Source: an uncultured Pseudomonadales bacterium
GTDB taxonomy: Bacteria; Pseudomonadota; Gammaproteobacteria; Pseudomonadales; Azotimanducaceae
NCBI GenBank assembly: GCA_958296405.1
Contig: OY282519.1
Coordinates: 726,132 to 790,131, forward strand
DNA: 64,000 bases
Direction of reading: 5' to 3'
In this document: piece by piece, positions 37,001 through 46,500 of the stretch
How the letters are laid out: each line of letters opens with the position of its first letter
Numbering within the stretch: the stretch's first letter is position 1
Program-made: the position numbers and the translations under genes
Notes under the pieces: generated by a model
What the model was told of the DNA's origin: nothing
The model's input: only the letters and a program-made list of their open reading frames with translations
Databases searched by the model: none

Positions 37001-38035
37001 TCAGCCCCGTTGCCCATCCACCAAAATGTCCTCCGAGCCCCCCGGCAAATCAAAGGTCATGCCATCTTCGGTGAGCACCACGCTGTCTGGGATGTCGCGC
37101 ATGAAAATCGCGGCCATCAGCGTGTTCTGCGGCACCGGGACAAGATGGTAGAAGGCGAGTTTGCGCACGCCGATGCGCTCGGCCAACGCGGCCACGTCGG
37201 TAGTGTGGGCGTGGTAATCCAGCACATCGACCAGCACTTTCTGCATGCGCGGGTTGGCTCGCGCGGCCATCGCGGAGACGAGTGGCTCGGACAGGGCGTC
37301 GTGAATCAAGAGATCGACGCCAGCGGCCATGCTCTCCAAGCTCGGCGTGACGACGGTATCGCCACTCACCACCACCGAGCGGCCCTTGTAATCGAAGCGG
37401 TAGCCGAAGGCGGGCGCCACGGGGGAGTGATCCACCACGAACGCCGTGATGCGCAGGCCGTCGGCATCATGCACTACGCCGGGTTCGATGACCCGCGGCT
37501 GCATCACGCCGAGCGCCGGCGGCAGCAGGTCTTCGCCGTGGTGGTCGATGCGGTGTTGTCGGTCCTGCGCGTAGGCGCGATTGAAGCCCGCCACCACCTC
37601 TTCGATGCCCGGCGGCCCCACCACTTGCAGCGGCGCCGGGCGCCCCGCCACCCAAGACCTCTGGTTGTGGTTTGGCAAGCCGTCGATGTGGTCCGAGTGG
37701 TAGTGCGTGATGAAAACGGCCTCAAGGTGTTGCGCGGGGATGCGCTCCAGCGTCAGCGTTTGCCCGGAACCGGCGCCGGCGTCCACAAGGTAGAAACGTT
37801 TGCCGACCAACACTGCCACGCATGCCCGCCGGCCGACGGCGCCCAGCGGCGAAGCCGTGCCGCACATCACCACCCGCAACGTGTCTGCCGGCGGCGTGGC
37901 CGCTGGCGCCGTCAAGGCGCCAGTCGCAAACTCCAAGGCCATGTCTTGCCCGGCGCGGGTTTGCATGACGAACCAATAGCCGGCCGCAGCGAGCGCCAGC
38001 AAGGCCGCCAAGACGGCCAGCAACAGGCGTTTCAA
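37001..38035 (-). CDS. Membrane-anchored or secreted MBL-fold metallo-hydrolase (RNase Z/ElaC-like subgroup)
   Basis: TTG 38035 overlaps the upstream thiolase stop (TTGA) and gives MKRLLLAVLAALLALAAAGYWFV (signal or anchor). Also has VMCGTASP, FYLVDAGAGS, ITHYHSDHIDGL (HxHxDH) and a later DALSE/YHAH region. Confidence 0.8.
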   Translation of the reverse strand: MKRLLLAVLAALLALAAAGYWFVMQTRAGQDMALEFATGALTAPAATPPADTLRVVMCGTASPLGAVGRRACVAVLVGKRFYLVDAGAGSGQTLTLERIPAQHLEAVFITHYHSDHIDGLPNHNQRSWVAGRPAPLQVVGPPGIEEVVAGFNRAYAQDRQHRIDHHGEDLLPPALGVMQPRVIEPGVVHDADGLRITAFVVDHSPVAPAFGYRFDYKGRSVVVSGDTVVTPSLESMAAGVDLLIHDALSEPLVSAMAARANPRMQKVLVDVLDYHAHTTDVAALAERIGVRKLAFYHLVPVPQNTLMAAIFMRDIPDSVVLTEDGMTFDLPGGSEDILVDGQRG

Positions 38036-39243
38036 GAATCTGCCGTCAGCACGAGGGTGCCGGTGGTGGACAGCGTGCCGCCGGTGCCGTTCACCACGCA
38101 GGTGCGGGCGTTGGTCTGCTTGCCGGCAATGCCGTTCACCCCGTCCTCGGCGGTGCCGGAGAGCTGGCGGTACGCCTCCACCAACAGCTGCATGCCGTAC
38201 ATGCCGGAGTGGTTGAACGACAGGCCGCCGCCGTTGGTGTTGATGGGCAGCCGCCCGCCGGGCGCGGCGTGGCCTTCCTTCCACAGCGTGTAGCCCTTGC
38301 CGCGCGGCGCGAGGCCGAGCATCTCCGCGGTGATGCCGGCGGTGATGGTGAAGGAGTCGTAGATCATCGCCATTTCCATGTCCGCCGGCCCAAGCCCGGC
38401 CATCTTGTAGGCGGTGGCGGACGAACGAGATGCTGACGTGGCGGTGAAGTCTTCCATCTCCAGCATGTTCTGATGCCCCATGGATTCGCCGGCGCCGCTG
38501 ATCCACACCGGGTTGGTGCGCAGGCTGCGGGCGATCTCCGGCCGCGCCACGATGACGGCGCCGCCGTGGTCGGTGACCAAGCAGCAGTTGTAGAGCGTGA
38601 GCGGCCACGCGATGAGCCGGGCTTCCGTGACATCCTGCAAGGTGATCGGCCCGCCGAACGGGCTTTGCTTCTTGTCGAACATCACGGCGCGCGGGTTGAG
38701 CGTGGCCCACTGCCGCGTGACCACGGCGATGTGGGCGAAATCTTCCGCGGTGGTGCCGAAGCGGTGGAAGTGGCGCACCATCGCATGGGCGTATTGCGAG
38801 GGCGCGCCGAAGATGCCGTAGGCCGCCGTCATCTCGGTGGCGGGGCTCACTTGCGCGCCGCCGCGCCCGCCGCCATATCCGCCGCCTCGGTAAGACCAGC
38901 CGGCCTCGCCGTGGCTCACCAGCGCGATGTCGATGATGCCGGCGTGGATGGCTGCGAGCGCATGGTGGACGTGAATCTGGAACGAGCAGCCGCCCACCAT
39001 CGTCGTGTCCAGATAGCGCGGGCGCAGCCCTAGGTGTTCCGCGAGTTCGCCAGACCAGCCGGCGGAGAAGATGCCTTGGATGTCCGCCACGGGAATGCCG
39101 GTCAAGTCGCAGACGTTCTTGATGGCTTCGATGTGGTGCTGCAGCGAGGTGACCCGCTTGCCGATCAGCTCCATCGGATAGCCGATGACGTTGGATTCCG
39201 CAGCGCCGACGATGGCCGCCGCATTCGAAAGGTTCGCCGCCAT
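38032..39243 (-). CDS. Thiolase-fold protein, SCP-x/nonspecific lipid-transfer type
   Basis: ATG 39243 overlaps the DUF35 stop (TGATG). MVGGCSFQ (candidate nucleophile Cys), IALVSHGE, NTNGGGLSFNHSGMYGM and VVNGTGGTLS give the pattern of DUF35-partnered thiolases. Confidence 0.8.
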   Translation of the reverse strand: MAANLSNAAAIVGAAESNVIGYPMELIGKRVTSLQHHIEAIKNVCDLTGIPVADIQGIFSAGWSGELAEHLGLRPRYLDTTMVGGCSFQIHVHHALAAIHAGIIDIALVSHGEAGWSYRGGGYGGGRGGAQVSPATEMTAAYGIFGAPSQYAHAMVRHFHRFGTTAEDFAHIAVVTRQWATLNPRAVMFDKKQSPFGGPITLQDVTEARLIAWPLTLYNCCLVTDHGGAVIVARPEIARSLRTNPVWISGAGESMGHQNMLEMEDFTATSASRSSATAYKMAGLGPADMEMAMIYDSFTITAGITAEMLGLAPRGKGYTLWKEGHAAPGGRLPINTNGGGLSFNHSGMYGMQLLVEAYRQLSGTAEDGVNGIAGKQTNARTCVVNGTGGTLSTTGTLVLTADS

Positions 39244-39662
39244 CACTGCTCCTCCGCCACGCGCCAGAATGGAATGTGGGTGTCTTCGTTGGCTTGTTCG
39301 AACTCCACCCGCACCAAGGCGCCGATTTTGATGCTCTCTGGGCGGGTGGCGTCCACGCCGCGCAGCACCGTCAGCATGCGATCCCCTTCCGCCAAATCGA
39401 TGAATGCGGTGACGTAGGGCACCTCCTGCTGCCAGCCGCCGAAGGCGCGATGCTGCACCGCGTAGGTGTGGATGCGGCCCTCGCCGCTCGCCTGCACCCA
39501 CTCCAGCGCGGCGGAATGGCAGAAGGGGCAGATCAGGCGCGGATACCAGTGCGTGCGATTGCAGTCTGTGCAGCGTGGCAGCATCAGCTTGCCGGCCTTG
39601 GCCCCCTCCCAGAAGGGCTGCGTATGCTGTCCTTGCGGGGGGATGGGTTTGTCGTAAGCCAC
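39243..39662 (-). CDS. Zn-ribbon/OB-fold protein (DUF35 family)
   Basis: PFWEGAKAGKLMLPRCTDCNRTHWYPRLICPFCHS (4-Cys rubredoxin-like ribbon) followed by an OB region (GEGRIHTYAV...VPYVTAFIDLAEG.RMLT...GALVRVEF). The start is GTG 39662 or the ORF-track start at 39695. Confidence 0.8.
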   Translation of the reverse strand: MAYDKPIPPQGQHTQPFWEGAKAGKLMLPRCTDCNRTHWYPRLICPFCHSAALEWVQASGEGRIHTYAVQHRAFGGWQQEVPYVTAFIDLAEGDRMLTVLRGVDATRPESIKIGALVRVEFEQANEDTHIPFWRVAEEQ

Positions 39663-39759
39663 GGTGAAACTCTCTTCGGCGCCAAGCAAACGCAAACCTT
39701 ATCACGGCTGCCTTTCGCTAATCCCGAGGTCCTCTTTGTGCATCACCACCGGACGTGCA

Positions 39760-39939
39760 TCAGCCACCGGATGCTTCGCCTTTGGGGAGCGTTTTGGAGA
39801 CGGCGGCAAACACAAAGCCCAGAAGAGGGCTGATGACCAGCGATAGCAAGAACCATCCGAAGCCGGAGCGGTTTCGGTAGTTGGCCGCGAAGATGCCCGC
39901 GGCGACGCTAAACGCGAACCAAAGCAGCAAAATCTCCAC
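39760..39939 (-). CDS. 59-aa two-TM small membrane protein (hypothetical)
   Basis: GTG 39939 lies 6 nt after an AAAGGAGAA Shine-Dalgarno. The product is MEILLLWFAFSVAAGIFAANYRNRSGFGWFLLSLVISPLLGFVFAAVS..., two hydrophobic helices separated by a basic loop. The longer ORF-track version (to 40218) overlaps recC. Confidence 0.5.
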   Translation of the reverse strand: MEILLLWFAFSVAAGIFAANYRNRSGFGWFLLSLVISPLLGFVFAAVSKTLPKGEASGG

Positions 39940-40046
39940 TCTCAGTTCTCCTTTCCAGCTCAGCGATCGTGCAGTCGCCCGTCGATTGTCCATGAGAGGG
40001 TAGCCGACGCTCCACTCGCTTGCCGCCTCCGCGGCCAGGCAGGACA

Positions 40047-43000
40047 ATGCTCGGCGCACTGTGCCCGCGCCACGCGGCGCGAGCGGGCAGGGGGAGGCAG
40101 CCAATCCACATTCACGCCGGCAATCGGCTGGAAACCTTGGCGGCGCGTTTGGCGCAGGAAATGCAGGGCGCTCCCGGAGACCCGCTGGCGCCGGAGCGCA
40201 TCGTCGTGCCGCATCCAACGCTGGGCCGCTGGCTCACGCTGGAACTCGCTGGGCAGTTGGGCATTGCGGCGCATCTCAACGTGGAACTGCCGGCGCAGTT
40301 CGCGTGGGCCATCATGCGCGACGCGGTGCCCACGTTGCCGTTGGAGCGGCCCTTCGCGCCGGAGCGGTTGCGCTGGCGCATCTTCCATGCCTTGGCGGAG
40401 GCTGCCGGCGACGCCACGCCGGCGCCCGGCGACCAACTGGGCCCCGGCGCGGACGCGGTGCGCGGCTACTTGGCGGATGGCGACCCGCGCAAGCGCTTCG
40501 AGCTCGCCGAGCGTCTGGCGGGGGTGTATGACCGGTGCCTGCTGTACCGCCCAGATTGGATTCGCGCCTGGGAGGCCGGCGCGGCGCCGCATTGGCAGGC
40601 ACGGCTGTGGCAACGCTTGGCGGCCGGTGCCACGGCGCCGCGGCACTGGGTGGCGGCCATCGATGCGTTCGCCGCGGCGTTGCCGGGGGCGTCGCCGGCG
40701 GCGTGGCCGGGGCGGGTGAGCTTCTTTGGCATCGCCGCGCTCTCGCCTTCGTATCTCGACATGCTGCGCCACGCCGCCAGGCACATGGAGATTCACCTCT
40801 TCCTGTTAAGCCCATGCCGCGAGTACTGGGCAGACATCGCGCCCCGCCGCATCAACCGACGCCGCTCCGCGCCTGAGGATCCCGCGGAGCAACACCGCGC
40901 CGAAGGCAACGAGCTGCTGGCGGCTTGGGGCAAGCTGGCGCGGGACACGCAGTCGCTGTTGGCCGAGCAGGAACTGGCCGTAGGTGGCCCGGAGGAAACC
41001 TACGACGAGCCGCCGGCGGAGACGGCCCTCGGCAAGGTGCAGGGTGACGTGCTGGGGCTGCGGCTGGCTGCGGAAGGCGCCGCCGCCGAGTCGCGGCCTG
41101 CCGGCGCGGATGCGTCCATTCAGATGCATGTCTGCCACTCTCCGACCCGCGAGGCGGAGGCACTGCATGACAGGCTGCTCGCCCTCTTCGATGAGCAGCC
41201 GGACATCGAACCGGCGGATGTGTTGGTGCTCACGCCGCACATTGAGGAATACGCGCCGGCCATCGAGTCGGTGTTCGCGGCGGAAGGCGTCATTCCGTTC
41301 AATGTCTCGCGCCCGCGCAGCGCCGCGACCCGCGCCACCCAAGCGTTTCTCGACCTGCTCGCCCTGCCCGGCTCACGCTACGGCGCCGAAGTTGTGCTGG
41401 CGCCCCTCGAATCCGCCGCGGTGCAGGCGCGGCTCGGCATCGATGCGGCGCGTCTCGGCGACATCCGCGATTGGGTGCGCGACGCCGGCATTCGCTGGGG
41501 CGTGGACGCGGCGCATCGGCGCGATGAGGGGCTGCCCGCCACCCATGCGCACACTTGGCGCTTTGGCCTGCGGCGGCTGCTGCTCGGCTACGCCATGGCC
41601 GGGGACGATGTGTTGTTCAACGAGGTGGCGCCGAGCGCCATTGGCTTTGCCGGCGGGGTGGGCTCGGCGGAAGACTACGAGGCGCTGGGCCGTTTCGTCG
41701 GCTACTGCGAAGATGCGTTCAAGCTGCGTTGTTGGATGCAGGAATCGCTGCCGGCGGCGGAGTGGGTGCGCAAGCTGCGCGAAGAGGTGGTGGCGCCCTT
41801 TTTTGCGGACCCGGAGCAAAGCCCTGCGGCAGCGGCCCGCGAGACAGCGTCCGTCGAGCGGCTCATTGACGATCTTGCGGAAGAGTGGGCGGTGCTTGTC
41901 GAGCCGCCGCCGGGGTCGGCTGCGCCGAGGGCTTCAGAGCAGCCTGCCGCGGTGCCGTCGCGGCAGGGGGAACTCTTCGCCGCGGCATCCGCGACGGCGC
42001 TGGGGCGGCCGCCTTCTCTAGGCGAAGCGCCGCGGCAGGCAGGCAGCGCAGCCCCGCTCATCCCCTTCACCGTGCTGCGGGATGCCTTGCAGAGCGCTGC
42101 GGCGAGCGCATCGCGGCCGATGGCGCGCCTTGCGGACGGCGTGACCGTGGCGGCGCTGGCGACCGGGCAGACGTTTCCCGCCAAGGTCGTCTGCGCGATG
42201 GGCATGAACGACGGCAGCTTCCCGCGTTCTCCCACGCCGCTGTCGTTCGACGTGATGGCGCAGGACGAGGCGCGCCGCGGCGACCGCAGCGTCCGCGACG
42301 AAGATCGCCTCGCCTTCCTCGAGGCGTTGTTGGCGGCGCGGCGCTGCTTTCTCGTCAGCTACACCGGGCGCGGCCTGCGCGACGACGCGGCGATCCCCCC
42401 CTCAGTGGTGGTGGACGAGCTCAAGGGTTACTTGGCGGCGCGCTTCCCGGACATGGCGTTTGAGACCCGACATCCGGTGCAGCCGTTCAGCCCGCGGTAC
42501 TTCGGGGCATCGTCTGGCGCTGGCCGCGATGACGCGGGCCTCTTCAGTTACTCCACGAGCATGCTCGCCGCGGCGCGCTCGTTGGCCGACAGCTTGGATG
42601 ATGGCGCGGTCGCCAGCCGTTTCTTCGTCCCGCTGTCGTCCCCGCCAGCCAAGGGCGCCATCGACTTGCGCGCCCTCACGGCGTATGCGGCGGCGCCGGC
42701 CAAATCCTTTCTGCGCGATCGGCTTGGGCTGCGCTTGGAGACGGACGATGCGGCCCTCGCCGAAGATGAGCCGTTTGAACTCGATGGGCTGCAGCGCTGG
42801 CAGGTGCGCGATCGCCTCTTCTCGCTCGGCCGGCAAGGGCTCGCCCCGGCGCGTCGCGCCGCCTTGGTCGCGGCCAGCGGCGCCCTGCCGCAGGGTGCTC
42901 AAGGAGAACTCACGCAGGAGGACGCGCAAGTTGCTGTGGATGCGCTGGGCGCCGCGCTGGCGCCGCACGAGGCTGCATTGAACGCCGCGCCCATTGCCAT

Positions 43001-43580
43001 CGACACGCAGCTCGAAGGCTACATCGTGACCGGTACGCTCGAAGGCGTGGATGCCGCGACGCGCACGTTGGTTTGCTACCGCATCGGCTCCGTTCGGCCG
43101 AAGGATCGCATTGAGGCGTGGCTGAAATTGCTGGTCTGGGCGGCGGGCGCGAGCGCACCAGCGCTGACGGCCGCGCAGGACGACGACGGCGTGGACGCTG
43201 CATATTGGGCGTGTTGCGTCGGGCTTGGCAGTAAGGGTGTGGAGACGCTGTGGCTGGAAGCGCCGCCGGCCGCCGCGGCACGGTGCCAGCTCAGCGCTTG
43301 GCTCGAGGTTTGGCGCCGCGGCCAAAGCGAGCTGTTGCCGTTGGCGCCGAATGTTTCTTGGGAGTACGCCGCGGTGTTCGCGAAGAAGAATGTGGACGCT
43401 TCGATGGCACGCGAAGCGGGTCTCGCCGCCGCGGTGCGGGAGTGGGACAAGAGCTTCTTCCCAGACGCATACGAGCGTTTGGCGTTCGGCAGCCAAGGTC
43501 CGTTCGGCGAACGCTTCGCCGAACTGGCCGAAACGCTCTTCGTGCCGCTCGTTGGCGCGGCGCGCAAGGGACGCACATGA
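40047..43580 (+). CDS. recC: Exodeoxyribonuclease V gamma subunit RecC
   Basis: ~1177 aa. N-terminal HAGNRLETLAARL..., IVVPHPTLGRWL, and a position upstream of recB with an ATGA overlap. The exact start is uncertain (ATG 40047 chosen). Confidence 0.9.
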   Translation: MLGALCPRHAARAGRGRQPIHIHAGNRLETLAARLAQEMQGAPGDPLAPERIVVPHPTLGRWLTLELAGQLGIAAHLNVELPAQFAWAIMRDAVPTLPLERPFAPERLRWRIFHALAEAAGDATPAPGDQLGPGADAVRGYLADGDPRKRFELAERLAGVYDRCLLYRPDWIRAWEAGAAPHWQARLWQRLAAGATAPRHWVAAIDAFAAALPGASPAAWPGRVSFFGIAALSPSYLDMLRHAARHMEIHLFLLSPCREYWADIAPRRINRRRSAPEDPAEQHRAEGNELLAAWGKLARDTQSLLAEQELAVGGPEETYDEPPAETALGKVQGDVLGLRLAAEGAAAESRPAGADASIQMHVCHSPTREAEALHDRLLALFDEQPDIEPADVLVLTPHIEEYAPAIESVFAAEGVIPFNVSRPRSAATRATQAFLDLLALPGSRYGAEVVLAPLESAAVQARLGIDAARLGDIRDWVRDAGIRWGVDAAHRRDEGLPATHAHTWRFGLRRLLLGYAMAGDDVLFNEVAPSAIGFAGGVGSAEDYEALGRFVGYCEDAFKLRCWMQESLPAAEWVRKLREEVVAPFFADPEQSPAAAARETASVERLIDDLAEEWAVLVEPPPGSAAPRASEQPAAVPSRQGELFAAASATALGRPPSLGEAPRQAGSAAPLIPFTVLRDALQSAAASASRPMARLADGVTVAALATGQTFPAKVVCAMGMNDGSFPRSPTPLSFDVMAQDEARRGDRSVRDEDRLAFLEALLAARRCFLVSYTGRGLRDDAAIPPSVVVDELKGYLAARFPDMAFETRHPVQPFSPRYFGASSGAGRDDAGLFSYSTSMLAAARSLADSLDDGAVASRFFVPLSSPPAKGAIDLRALTAYAAAPAKSFLRDRLGLRLETDDAALAEDEPFELDGLQRWQVRDRLFSLGRQGLAPARRAALVAASGALPQGAQGELTQEDAQVAVDALGAALAPHEAALNAAPIAIDTQLEGYIVTGTLEGVDAATRTLVCYRIGSVRPKDRIEAWLKLLVWAAGASAPALTAAQDDDGVDAAYWACCVGLGSKGVETLWLEAPPAAAARCQLSAWLEVWRRGQSELLPLAPNVSWEYAAVFAKKNVDASMAREAGLAAAVREWDKSFFPDAYERLAFGSQGPFGERFAELAETLFVPLVGAARKGRT

Positions 43581-46500
43581 CCTCACCCACGGCACCGGCA
43601 CCGCTCGACCTGCCGCTGGACGGCAACGGCACCACACTGATCGAGGCGAGCGCCGGCACCGGCAAAACCTACGCGCTCACCACGTTGGCGGCGCGGCTCA
43701 TCGTCGAGGCGCAGCGCGAAATCAGCGAGCTGCTGGTGGTCACGTTCACGGTGGCGGCGACGGATGAATTGCGGGATCGGATGCGCCGGACCTTGCGCGA
43801 CGCCCTGCGCGCCGCCGCCGGAGATGCTGACAGCGGCGGCCAGGCCCGTGAGCTCATGGCGCGCTGGGCTTCCCTCGGCATCAGCGCGGCCCAAGTGGAG
43901 CGCCGCTTGGAGCCGGCGGTGGCCGATCTAGACCGCGCCAACGTGGTGACCATCCACGGCTTCTGCCAGCGCGTCATCAGGGATTTCGCGTTCGACTGCG
44001 GCCTGCCGTTCGGGTTCGCGGTGAGCGGCGACGGCTTCGACGTGATGAGCGCCGCAGTGCGCGATCACTGGCGCCGCGCCATGTATCCGGCGCCCAAGAT
44101 GCGCGTGCAGTTCGCTGGCTCGCAGCAGTTCCTGCCCAAGGTGCAGGGCAACGACCTGTTCGGTGCGCTGAACCTCACCGATTGGGTGATCGGGCACCTC
44201 GGCAAGCCGGCGCTGGACATCCGCGGCGCCGACCCCCTCGACGCAGCCGCGGAGCAAAGCCTCGCCGAGCGGGAGGCGAATTGGGAGCTCGCGCTTGACG
44301 CCGCGCGACAGAGTGCCGCGGGGGCAGGGCAGGGCTTGGATGCGGTGTTGGCCGCCCTTGAGCATCCGCTGACAGTGGCGTTCGACCCGAAGGCGACCTT
44401 CGCTGCTTTGTCGGCTGGCGTGGCCAAGGTGCCGCGCCTGGAGGATTGCTTGGCCGCTTTGGATGCGGCCGCCACGGCGTTGCTCGCGGCGTATCACGAA
44501 TGGTTGCCCCGCGCGCGCCGCGCCGCCCTGGAAGACACCCGCGAGCGGGTTGCCCGCCGCGTCCGCGAATATCGCCAGCTCGGCTACGACGATCTGTTGC
44601 TCACGGTGCGCGAGGCGCTGCTGCGGGCGCCGGGCTTGGCGGAACGCATCCGGCAGCGCTATCCGGTTGCGCTCATCGACGAGTATCAGGACACGGATCG
44701 GGCGCAGGCGGACATCTTCCAACGCATATACGGCGGCGGGGGCGGGTCGATGGTGATCGTGGGCGACCCGAAGCAATCCATCTACCGCTTCCGCAGCGCG
44801 GACATCTTTGCCTATCTGCGCGCCCGCGCAGAAGTCGATGACGGTGACGGTTCACGACTCACGTTGAAGGACAACTACCGTGCGGTGCCACGCTTGGTCG
44901 CAGCCACCAACGCCGTCTTTGGCTGCGAACATCCATTTGGCCTGCCGGAGATCTCTTTCACCCCGGCGACGCCGGCGCTGTCCGACGATGCCCCGGGTTT
45001 GCGTGTGGCCGGGGAGGAAGGCGCGCCGCCGATGCAGTTCCGCCTCATTCCCGGGCAGGAGCGCAAGCAAATCACGAAGCGCGACGCCACGCCGTTGGCG
45101 GCAAGCCAAGCAGCGGACGAGATTGCGCGCCTGTTGGAATTGTCCAAGGAAGGCGGCGCCAGCATTGCCGGCCAGCCGCTGGCCGGGTCTGACATCGCCG
45201 TGTTGGTGCGCAAGACCGAGCAAGGCCGGCGGGTGGCGAGCGCCTTGGCGGAGCGCGGCGTGCGCAGCGTTGAAGTCGGCGTCGCTGACGTTTTCGACAG
45301 CCGCGAGGCGGAAGAGCTGGAACGTTTGTTGTGGGCTGTGGCGAGCCCACATTCTGCGGCAAGAATGCGCGGCGCGCTGGCCGGCGACCTATTCGGCATG
45401 GACGCCGCGCAACTCGCCAGCTTGGCCGATGACGACAATGCTTGGAACGCATGGAAGGAACGCTTGGGCGAGTGGCGGGCGGTGTGGCAAGCCGGCGGCG
45501 TGGCGTCGATGGTGCGCCGCCTGCTGCGGAGCTTCCATGTCGGCGCGGCGCGAGCGGGAGACGCGCCCAACGGCGCCGCCCAACAGCTATTGCGACACGC
45601 CGATGGCGCCCGCCGCCTCACCAATGTCATGCACTTGGCAGACCTGCTGCAGCAAGCGGAGGCCGCCGGCCACCTCACTCCCACCGGCGTTGCGGCGTGG
45701 CTCAGCCGCCGCCGCGGGCGGGTGAACATCCACGACGAAGTGGCGCAACTGCGGCTGGAGAGCGACGAGGAACTGGTGAAGATCGTCACCGTTCACCGCA
45801 GCAAGGGTTTGGAGTTTCCCATCGTCTTCCTGCCGTTCGCGTGGGACGCCCAGCGCCCTGGCGGCACTGGTGCCAAGAAGTGGGAGGCGCAGTTCCATGA
45901 GCGGGCGATGGCTGGCCTGCCGGAGGTGTTGCACCTCGCGCCGACGGCTGCCGAGCGCAGCAAGGAATGGCTGGAGGAGTTCTCCGAAGACGCGCGGTTG
46001 CTCTATGTGGGGCTGACGCGCGCGCGCCTGCGCTGCGTCGTCACTTGGGCTCGGGCCACTTATTCGGAATACGCTCCCCTCACTTGGCTGTTGCGCGAGG
46101 CTGGCGCCGATGCGGACGCAGCTGGCGAGGCCGGCCAAGGCCCGCTAGAAGCCTTGCAGCAGGTATGCGCCGCCGCGAAAAGGATGCCGGCTGATGCGTG
46201 GCTGCAGCGCGTCGAAGCGTTGGTGGAGCAGTGTCCGGGGGGCATTGGCGCGGAGGAAATGCCAGTGGGGGCGAACACGCCGAGGCAGCGCGTCGCGCCG
46301 CCGCCCAGCCAGCCGCTTCAAGCGCGCGAGCGAAGCCGCGCTCTCGGCCGGGTGCGGCAAATGACCAGCTACTCCGCCTTGGCCGGGCAGTCCGGCGCTG
46401 CAGCGTCTGGCTTCGACCATGAGTTCCTCGAACAGCCCGACCACGACATGGAGGCGACCCTCGATGACGCCGGTGAGCCGCTCCTTGGCACGGCCGGTGT

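Noticed and set aside
35564-38293. 909-aa plus-strand ORF spanning the lyase, the intergenic gap, the MBL hydrolase and part of the thiolase gene.
   Set aside because: All recognisable homology in this interval is on the minus strand. The plus-strand product is low-complexity and crosses a region that is non-coding on the other strand.
27803-39662. Treating the acyl-CoA cluster or the protease pair as a mobile genomic island.
   Set aside because: No integrase, transposase, tRNA target, flanking direct repeats or obvious compositional break was visible by eye. Horizontal origin cannot be supported from this window alone.
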